Positions 55,509 through 64,000 of a stretch of 64,000 bases of DNA are shown here, piece by piece. The stretch lies in the NCBI RefSeq assembly GCF_002105155.1, contig NW_019029003.1:496001-560000 (forward strand), in the 5' to 3' direction. Under the pieces are notes generated by a model. The model did not search any database. It was not told the origin of the DNA and was given only the letters and a program-made list of their open reading frames with translations. Made by a program: the position numbers and the translations under genes. The stretch is from Lobosporangium transversale (taxonomy: Eukaryota). Position 1 is the stretch's first letter. Each line of letters starts with the position of its first letter.

Positions 55509-56267
55509 ATGACAAAGATAACAAATGCTTTGGCCTGCTTCCTGGCCCTGTCCATCTGCACAACTACCACTTCCCTTCCTATCGGCAATCCAAGATCATC
55601 ACCTCAATCCAAATCAGTAGATTCCACATCCACATCCGGTTCTCCCTCCAACACTCCCTTCCATACAATCTCTCGTCCCATCACCATCAAAGTCGATCTC
55701 AACACCGAAGATCCCTCCCCTCTTGCTCGCCTGGTCGAAAAAGTAGAACAACAAGAACAATACTATCGTCAACAGCGACTCCATCCACGTCAAACCCCAC
55801 AGGGTGAAGAGTTTGCTCGTCTCCAAAAGGAACAAGATGAGCTCGAAAAGGTGGAGCAGGATCGCGATCAGTTGTTGGATAACCAAGAGGAAGAACAACT
55901 CGATCAAGATCCCGAGGCCGTCAGGAGACGACAGGAAGAATCCATGGGTCTTTGGATGACCGATTCAGAGTTCGAGACCCTGAACCAAGAAGAACCCTCG
56001 AACGATGAATCGGCCAACACAGATTCTCATGAGAGCATCCTGCTCAACAAAGGTGCTCACTTTGACTTGTATGCCGAAGATTTACAGGAGGTCCCTCTTG
56101 AAGAACAAAATGAAAACCAGCCATCCATCTCCAGAGCTCGGTCTTTGATCGTCGAGAGCGAACAACCGACAGAGGAGGAAATGCTTGCCTGGCCCATCGT
56201 CAATCTCTCTCAGTTTGAAGATCGTCAGGATGAGGTCCAAGACGAATATGATGATCAAGCCTATTAA
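55509..56267 (+). CDS. Hypothetical secreted acidic (Glu/Gln/Asp-rich) protein, intronless
   Basis: 252-aa ORF with a signal-peptide-like N-terminus (MTKITNALACFLALSICTTTTS-LPI), coding-like composition, and a pyrimidine-rich 5' leader like the other genes here. Confidence 0.7.
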   Translation: MTKITNALACFLALSICTTTTSLPIGNPRSSPQSKSVDSTSTSGSPSNTPFHTISRPITIKVDLNTEDPSPLARLVEKVEQQEQYYRQQRLHPRQTPQGEEFARLQKEQDELEKVEQDRDQLLDNQEEEQLDQDPEAVRRRQEESMGLWMTDSEFETLNQEEPSNDESANTDSHESILLNKGAHFDLYAEDLQEVPLEEQNENQPSISRARSLIVESEQPTEEEMLAWPIVNLSQFEDRQDEVQDEYDDQAY

Positions 56268-56932
56268 TACTACTACAACAACAACAACAACAACAACAGA
56301 AAACCTTACCTGGGCTTTCCTTCCTCTGCCTTCCCCCTTGCTTTTTTTTTTTTTTTTCTTTACTTATTTTTATCTTGCATCTCTTCCAATTTGCGCATTG
56401 TTAACTGTACATCATTCATCTTTCAGAACCACGCAACAAATGCCAATCCATGCACGGCACACACCTCTCTCTCTTTCTGTCTCTGTTCCAAACTTTTGGA
56501 GCTTTATTCAATGACCGCTCCTCTTCTTCCCTTGGCCTCCCTTTTTTTAAATGTCTTTTGTGTAGCATTAGATGAAAAAGGGCAATGAGAAGCAATTTTA
56601 TCGTTTTTTTGTTTTTTTATTTTTTATTAGAATATTATCCTTATACCTTTGCTACAATAGTCTTCCTCTTTTTTTTCTTTTTTTTTTTTTTTTTCTCTTC
56701 TTTACCCAGCTAGTTTAAAAAAAATCTGTAAATATAGTCTGATTAACTGGCAAGAATCAAGAAAAAAAAAAAAACTTCAAAATAAAAATAAATAATAATA
56801 ATAATAATTATAAAAAAGAATCATTCAAATCCTTTTTTCAAGATGGTCAAAACGTTGGAGACAATTTGACAATCTTGAACAGTTCGATTTAAACAATTTA
56901 ACAAGAACTCTGAGGCCTGCTTGACACAGCTC

Positions 56933-56963
<31 letters not shown>

Positions 56964-57056
56964 GAAAGAGCTGAGTTATGCAATGACAAAGTTTACAAAA
57001 GCTTTTAATCCGTATTTTTTTTTTTTTTTTTTTTTTAATCGTCATACTATTTTCTC

Positions 57057-57087
<31 letters not shown>

Positions 57088-57828
57088 CCAGGATGAGTTA
57101 TTTTACTGGTGTAGAGCCTAGTTGAGGAATAACTAATAATCGTAATAGTAATTATTTTAGATCTAACCAAAAAAATCCAGTGTGATTGTGCGCGCTTTTT
57201 TTTTTTTTTTTTTTTTTTTTACAACAGAGGACTACATAATAGTTTTTTTTTCCTCTCCACTCTTTAACCAACACGTCCATTGAGCCGATAATAACAATAT
57301 GTAATAACAATAAGTCTACCAATTTGTGATAATAGCAAGCTAGTCTATGCATTCAACCGTAAAGAGCAATTTCGGATAGGTTTAATCGCGATTTTCATTT
57401 GTCTGAGAATTTTTTTTTTTTTTTTTGTGGTTGTTACTTTGTTGCTTGTTGTCTTGTGTTCAACCCAACGTTCGTTATTGTTATGGTGACACTCTTAATC
57501 GCGATGACATGCTGACTGATTGTTAGCGTGTTTAGCATGAAGATGAAGAAAAGAACCTGAACAATTAACTAACGAAGCAATTAGCAATTAGGGCTGTACG
57601 ATGAAGAAGAAAAGAAGGGGAAAAGGCTAAGGGCTCTTTCCCTTTTCCCCACACTCGTTGCACACATTAACATTATAAAACATTGGCTGTCAGGAAAGTC
57701 AGAGAAAAGCCTTTCAGAATACAGATATAAAAAAAAAAATTGCACTAAAAAATCTACTCTTTCGAGCGAGGCAAATACATGATTATATTTATATATTAAA
57801 TTGTACACACTCAAGCCAAGGAGAAGGC

Positions 57829-57862
<34 letters not shown>

Positions 57863-58477
57863 ATAATGCATTATTGTATAAATATACCCATTAAACATAT
57901 TAATTAGGTCTTAACATTAACCTTGTTACTCAGTCGTACCCAGTTGAAAAGGGAAGGGCGTCGAAAGTCAATTAGCATGATTTTTTGACAATGCTCCTAC
58001 AACACAGCCCTCTCCCATGCCATATCATGCGTTTGAATCTTTTTTCCCTAGATATCCAGACAATCATCTATTAGCAAATATTTGCCCTCACTTCAAAGTA
58101 AAAAAAATAAAAAAAAAAGGTGAAAAAGAAAAGAGATCAAAGAAACATCTTCATCTTCATACGTTAGCAAAGGCTGGTCAAAGCCCAAACTCCTGGTGGT
58201 TTTTTTTTTTTTTTTTGCTTCTCATGTGTCAGTGAATATTTTTTGTTGTCACAAGACACAAGACTAAATGCAAAAAGAAAGTAAAGAGATTTAATGTGTT
58301 CATGTTCTATGGTTATGTCTATGTTGGATGCTAATGTTTTGTGTTCAATGTTCTATGCTCTGTGTTCTATGTGTTCTTTGTTTTCTATGTTTTGTGTTTT
58401 ATGTTCTATGTTTTTTTTTTTTTTTTTTTTTTTTATTCTTTAAAAGAATGGGTGGATGGATGGATACCTTTGGTTCC

Positions 58478-59889
58478 TTAACCTTGACTATGGTCAGTTG
58501 CTTTCGAGTGCTCTTGAGCTTCCAATTCTTGAGCTCTTGTCCTTCGATCGCGCTTGCCAGAGAGGAACCAGGCAACAATGGCGATTCCCATGCCTGTGGC
58601 TGTGGCTTTGGTGCCTAGCGGAATCTTTTCTCGTGCCCACTCTTCATGACCACTGTTTTCAGCACGAGACTTTTGAATCGTATCCACTTGACGTGCTTCC
58701 TCAATTTTTTTTACCTCTTCTTGTTGCGGCAACTGTTGCTGTTGTTGCTGCTTAAGGTGTGTCTCTTGTTCCTGTTGAGCCTTGAGCAAACGCTCCTTCT
58801 CTTGCTGGTCCTTCAATCGTGCTTCTTTATCTTGCTGATCTCTCAGCTTTTGTTCCCTCTCTTGCTGTTCTTTCAATCGCATTTCCTTCTCTTGTTGTTC
58901 TTTCAGCCTTACCTCCTTCTCTTGCTGCTCTTTCAACAGTGCCTCCTTCTCTTGTTGTTCTTTCAACCGTGCCTCCCTCTCTTGTTGCTCTTTCAGTCTT
59001 CGTTCCTTTTCTTTTTCTTCTTTCAATCGTGCCTCCTTCTCTTGTTGCTCTTTCAACCTCCGTTCCTTTTCTTGTTGCTCTTTCAATCGTGCTTCCTTCA
59101 GTCTCTGCTCCTTCTCTTGCTGCTCCTTCAGTAATTGCTCCTTTTTCTGTTGTTCTTTCAACTGTGCTTCCTTTTTCTCTTGTTGTTCCTTCTCCATTTG
59201 TTCCTTCAGCCTCTTCTCAGCCTCAAGTCGTCCTTTGGTTACCGTGTCTTCTTTTCCTTCCTTGGCTTCAGAAATACCACCACTGCGGCTATTGTTACTA
59301 CTGCTATTATTATAATGGTTTTTGCTAATGGCAGTGGTAGTGGTAGCGGCCACACTATTTCCATCAGCTGCAATGTTTCCTGATGATGGTGACAATGAGG
59401 ATAATGGTTTCATACTAACGTCTGTAGGGTACTGTTGCTGTTGTTGTTGTTCCTGAAGATGCTTCAATAAACGATTCGTAAGTTCCTTCTTACGACCAGT
59501 CACCTTGAGCCCATTATCTCGAAGAATTTGCTTTAGATCAGAAATCGATATGGCTTCGAGTTCCTGTCGTGTGTAATTGAGGGTCCGGGAAGTCGTAGAG
59601 GTAGTAGCAGCAGTAATCTCTTCAGTCCTTGCGCTCTCTTTTGATGCTGTTTCTCCTTGACGATGTCGGTTGATGTTAGTATTGATATTGTTAGTGATAT
59701 TGAAATGTTCAGATCGCTTCGGACTGGACGTGGAAGCAAAAGTGCGTGACAGGGTTGGATGAAAAAAGTGATCATTGCAATTCGATCCGATCGTCCTTCT
59801 TATTCTTGTGATCGAAGTCGTTCTCTTGAATGTTAGACTTGTAAGCGTTGCTGTGCATCGCCCTGCCATGAGCCGAGTTTGACTAAGCA

Positions 59890-59890
<1 letters not shown>
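58478..59890 (-). CDS. Predicted mitochondrial SAP-domain coiled-coil protein with C-terminal hydrophobic segment (Aim34-like architecture)
   Basis: Arg/Thr-rich, acid-poor N-terminus; SAP motif LEAISISDLKQILRDNGLKVTGRKKELTNRL; 10-aa repeats; hydrophobic ATGMGIAIVAWFL. Confidence 0.75.
58752..59195 (-). repeat. Coding 30-bp minisatellite (KEQQEKEARL-type decapeptide, about 14 copies)
   Basis: Repeat visible in both the DNA and the translated protein. Confidence 0.85.
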
Positions 59891-59923
<33 letters not shown>

Positions 59924-60189
59924 GTTACGATCTGATCTGTAAGATTTATTTATTATTTATTATTTATACTCAAGTGTAAATGTTATGATGTAATTTAACC
60001 GTAGAAAGGGCATCTCATGAAACAACAGTCAAATAAAATACATGTAAACCACCGACTACCAAATTCAGTTGCAAATGGAAATGGCAATATTAAGCTTCTG
60101 GGTCGTAAAACGGGCAAATTTGCGCATTTGACTTTCATCAACTTATCCAAACGACTTTGATCCAGTCCTCTCTCTAAAAGTTAGCTCTT

Positions 60190-60397
60190 CTCCCTTCCTT
60201 TGCCTTTGCCTGGTATCAATATTAACTTTTTATTCTCTCAATACCAGTATTAAAAAAATATCCTTCGTTTAGCGGATAAAATTATTTCAACGAGAGTGTA
60301 TGTTAGATAAAATAAAAAAGATCAGGTAAAAACATCGCCGATCATTGCATCACAAAAGCTCACCCAGGCAGGGCCCTAATAAGGTTCTTTACAAAAA
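60190..60397 (+). repeat. Dispersed repeat, copy 2 (copy 1 at 50837-51079)
   Basis: Conserved blocks at 60271-60292 and 60351-60379 match 50923-50944 and 51030-51058. Confidence 0.8.
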
Positions 60398-60459
60398 AAT
60401 TCGTTTACATTTCCTTTATTGTTGCAAGAGCCGATCATGATAGAACCATAGCATGCAGG

Positions 60460-61563
60460 CTAGTAAAGCCCGAGCCCAAACGCATTCGCTGTTAGCACTA
60501 GGCCTGCCAGAAGGGCGGCGATAACATCATTCCAGAACCCTCGCTCTTTCTTCTTGATTCTCTGTTGTTCTCGGTGATGGCTGAACATTGCTTCCAACTC
60601 TGCCTTTTCTCGAGCCAACCCATTTTTTTCGTTTTCAGCTTCCGCTAGCTTCTGCTCGTATTTTTCTCTCTCGACCCTTCGCTCCTTCTCCAACTGGTCA
60701 AACAGGTCCCTCATACCTGCTCTAGACGCCGCATCTGCACGTTCTAAGGTATCTGCCAACATGAGTTTATCTGTCTCAACTTTCTTTAGTTCAGCCTCCA
60801 CCTCCAATCGCATCTTATCCAATCTTGCCTTCATTTTTTCCGTCTCATTGTCGTAACGTCGAATAATTGATGCCAGCTCCTCGTCAAAAGCCTTCTTTTG
60901 AATTATTAGCTCTTGGTTTATGTGCTGTCCTGCTGCAGTCTCGAGCAATCCTTTCCTCTCAACAACCATTTCTTGCTGGATCTTGAGCGCTACGGGCCTG
61001 TTACAAAGCATTGCCTTGAAGATTCGAATGAGGTCATCGCGGTCCTGGTATCGATCCAACTTGCAGCCTTCAACCAGATAATCACGCCAGTGCTTGTCTT
61101 TGAGCTGTAACTCCCTTTTGAGTGCAGATGGAGTTGTTTGCAAACCCCAACCTCTTGTCAGCATCACAACATTGCCATATGCGTCCTTGCCACAGAGTCT
61201 ATCAAACATCTCCAAGTTCTTGACATTGCTGCCACGGAGTCGAGTTTCTGCAATATTGTGGAGATATATAATGCCAGAGACTTTATAGTCGCCTGAGTAG
61301 AGCACGGCGAGGTATTCAGCCACATCAGTTAGAACCTGGGTGTCAGAACGCTTGGTGTCGTCAAATCCAGGCGTGTCCAAGATAGTGACTAGCTCGCCAT
61401 CAATCTCGCAGGTTATCGGCTCAATGTTCTGAGTGCATGATTCTAGATCATCTCCAACTTCGACATCCTGGCCGGATATATCCCTGATCAGATAGCTCTT
61501 CCCCGCGCCGGTCATTCCCATTACGAGGATTATCTTTGCTCGCTTTTCTTGGCGACGTGTCAT
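60460..61563 (-). CDS. TRAFAC P-loop GTPase (AIG1/GIMAP-like G domain) with C-terminal coiled coil and hydrophobic tail, intronless
   Basis: G1 VMGMTGAGKS, G2 ESCT, G3 DTPGFDDT and GIIYLH; coiled coil; tail FWNDVIAALLAGLVL. Confidence 0.85.
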   Translation of the reverse strand: MTRRQEKRAKIILVMGMTGAGKSYLIRDISGQDVEVGDDLESCTQNIEPITCEIDGELVTILDTPGFDDTKRSDTQVLTDVAEYLAVLYSGDYKVSGIIYLHNIAETRLRGSNVKNLEMFDRLCGKDAYGNVVMLTRGWGLQTTPSALKRELQLKDKHWRDYLVEGCKLDRYQDRDDLIRIFKAMLCNRPVALKIQQEMVVERKGLLETAAGQHINQELIIQKKAFDEELASIIRRYDNETEKMKARLDKMRLEVEAELKKVETDKLMLADTLERADAASRAGMRDLFDQLEKERRVEREKYEQKLAEAENEKNGLAREKAELEAMFSHHREQQRIKKKERGFWNDVIAALLAGLVLTANAFGLGLY

Positions 61564-61932
61564 AATGGCCTAATAGTCTGCTCTGAGATAATACAGTAGA
61601 AGAAGGATGGAGGGGCCAAAGCAATTGAAATTGAAGCGCAAAGGCCTGGGATACTGAGAGCACAAGGCACAAGGGTTTGGATTGGAGGCAATGATTCGTA
61701 AGGATTGGGGTTGATGGTTAGGTGTTAGAGGTTGAAGGGCTTGGGAGTGAAGCATGCATTATAGAAAAAAGTGGAGATGTGGCTCTATTTAAATGTTGTG
61801 GACTTCAAACCTTAAACAACTGCAAAGTAGCAATAAGACGAACCACGTCCGCTAGACTATCTATTGTCCATAGTTTTCATATTGTGATCGCAATCAAAAG
61901 CAGCCGGTTGTCTACTCTTTTTCCCCGGGCAA

Positions 61933-62196
61933 CCTAAAATGCAAGAAATGCTTCGCCAACGAAAAAGTGCTACAAGAAATACTTTGTCAACAAAAAAGCG
62001 TTACAAGAAATACTTTGTCAACAAAAAAGCGTTACAAGAAATATTTTGTCAACGAAAAGGTGTTACAAGAAATACTTTGTCAACGAAAAGTGTTGCAAGA
62101 AATACTTCGCTTTACTCTGATACCAAAACCTAAAGTGCAAAAAAATACTTCGCCATCCTGAGTCAAATCCTAAAATGCAGAAAATACTTCTTCGCC
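61933..62196. repeat. 31-bp tandem array (about 5.5 units) with flanking diverged copies
   Basis: Unit CAAGAAATACTTTGTCAACAAAAAAGCGTTA with phase points at 61950, 61981, 62012, 62043, 62074 and 62104. A CCTAAAATGCAAGAAATACTTCGCC-like motif occurs at 61933, 62129 and 62169. Confidence 0.9.
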
Positions 62197-63542
62197 AAGC
62201 ACCCCGAGCATCGAGGGAAAAACCACTTTAAACAAGAATGCATGAAGACGGTTAGAAATAACCGTGAGACTATGCATGCCTCCGAGAGTTTGGAATTTAA
62301 TTTGTAAAGAAATATGCAGCTATATGACGAAAAAGGCAATCCTTGCTTTCTCAATTAGTATTTACCACTTCTTTCCATTCTGTGTCCAAAAGATATCGAC
62401 CCTATTGGACTCGATGGCTCAGGATATGGATCCAACTCCTGGCCATCGCCTCGCTTAGCCTACCGATCGTATGTTTCGCTGGGCACAGTTGTCATAAAAC
62501 ATTGCGCAGAGATTATGGATGGACCAATGATATCAAATAGATCTCCAATGCCCTTGCTGTCACCATAATCCTCCCATATATCTACTCTTTCAGGAGTTCA
62601 AAGCTTTGCTCGCGCCTTCTACACTTTTGTACTGTTGGGGCTCACTGTATTCGATGGAATGAACTCCGCTACGATAGAGGCTACTATGGATACCTACTCC
62701 TCAATGCTGGGCAATTTATATTCGTTGAAATAGGCTCTATCCTGTGGGTGCCAATCAAAACAACCAAATGAAGGCCAGAAATACAGGCAGGAATCTAATG
62801 TTATCGATGCCAGTCCTGACATACCTAATGGTGATACCACCAATACAATATGTCTATCTAGCCTATATGCCACAATCCCAGGTATTGATGCTGATGTACA
62901 TTTTATCGCTGCTGACCCACTGTGGCCATTCTATCGAATACCTCAGCAAGACTTATACCTCAGCAAGGTTTAAAGCCCACTGACTTGTATCAACAACACA
63001 GCAGCCTGCTGATAAAAGCTATTCTAGGCGTCAAAGGACGAAATGTATCAAAGCTTTCATTGTCAAGCGGGGGAATGACTTTTTTTTTTTTTTTTTTTTC
63101 CAAGCACAAAAATGGCCAACACTGAATTTGTGTTAGCCAAGTTCTTCGCTTCCCCTTACGCGATTATCAAGCATCGCTACGCCAATTTACAGCGTATGAG
63201 CCACGACAGGAACACGCGTATGGTCTCGAATGATAAGGAAAGAGAAGCCATAGGGGACGCGTGCAAGAATAACAAACATCAATGGTCAGCGCAAGCATTA
63301 TTACGGGGATATTATTACTATCAATGCAGACGTCTGTGGAGACAAGAGCAGAAGCACTCCTAGTGAGGGAAAATGACCTCGAAGACTCTGGTTTTGATCA
63401 ATTGGTTATCTTGTTACTTTAGAACGATTTTTTATGATGGTGATGAACCTTTTATTATTATCTGTAAGTTGTATTTAATGCCAATCATGGGTCATCATCC
63501 ATCAGATAGAGTTTATTTGTACCATACTACTGGTCTTGATTG

Positions 63543-64000
63543 CTATACAACGCGCTTGAAAATCTCTACAAACGTCAAAGGATCTTGGCCTCCAGACAAG
63601 AGGTACGTGTTCTGAACGATAGTGGTAGGTACACCTTGAATGCCCAGCTCATGCTTAGCGACTTTGATTTGATTCTTAATTTCTTGTAAATTTTCATCTG
63701 AAGCGAGATAAGCGGAGATGCTGTCAAGTTCCTGTTCGATTTCCACTTTGTAATCATTGCTGGAGTCCAATCGGCCTTTGGTTTGTTGATCTGCAACGAC
63801 TGCGCATAGGATCTTTCGAGCAATTATGGAGAGCGTAGGCAAGTCACCACACTCTCCGCGTTCAAAATGACTTTGAAACAGTTCTTCCACCATTGCACCC
63901 TCAGTTAGAGCTCCAAGTTCATCCATCATATCCTGCAATTCCTTCCTTCTCTCCTCTTCCTCTTCCTCCTCTTCCTCCTCTCTCTCTTCTTCGTCGCCAC
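63543..64000 (-). CDS. DsbA/FrnE-like thioredoxin-fold protein, 3' part (5' end lies beyond the window)
   Basis: MVEELFQSHFERGE...AKHELGIQGVPTTIVQNTYLLSGGQDPLTFVEIF matches the DSBA-family C-terminal GI.GVP...SG.Q pattern. Confidence 0.75.
   Translation of the reverse strand, partial: GDEEEREEEEEEEEEERRKELQDMMDELGALTEGAMVEELFQSHFERGECGDLPTLSIIARKILCAVVADQQTKGRLDSSNDYKVEIEQELDSISAYLASDENLQEIKNQIKVAKHELGIQGVPTTIVQNTYLLSGGQDPLTFVEIFKRVV

Noticed and set aside
61933..62196. CRISPR-like array
   Set aside because: Units are head-to-tail without a series of unique spacers, there are no cas genes, and the context is eukaryotic.

Overview
Eukaryotic, intron-rich, AT-rich fungal genomic DNA. Protein styles, Crinkler relics and very long A/T homopolymers suggest an early-diverging fungus such as Mortierellaceae/Mucoromycota (inference). 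About 18 protein-coding genes: ECM29 (5' part), a Cdc15/Hof1-type F-BAR-SH3 protein, a WDR7-like WD40 protein, a PQ-loop transporter, a small SET protein, PRP16, RNR2, a VIP36/Emp47-type L-lectin, MCM5, LSG1, PRMT3/RMT3, epsin, a group II PLP decarboxylase (GAD/CSAD/GADL1-like), an allantoicase-ureidoglycolate lyase (DAL2-DAL3) fusion, a secreted acidic protein, a mitochondrial-type SAP/coiled-coil protein, an intronless AIG1/GIMAP-like GTPase and a DsbA/FrnE-like protein (3' part). The gene-poor tract at about 13.1-17.1 kb holds Crinkler-type pseudogene fragments, a 198-bp hAT-type MITE with an 8-bp TSD, and a ~300-nt GC-rich, highly foldable island that contains a SECIS/kink-turn-like motif. 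Other oddities are 3' splice sites directly preceded by 27-28 A's, convergent genes whose stop codons are 16 bp apart, a diverged ~200-240-bp dispersed repeat, and a 31-bp tandem array. No tRNA, rRNA or CRISPR was recognised. Exon boundaries were read by eye, and no database searches were run.
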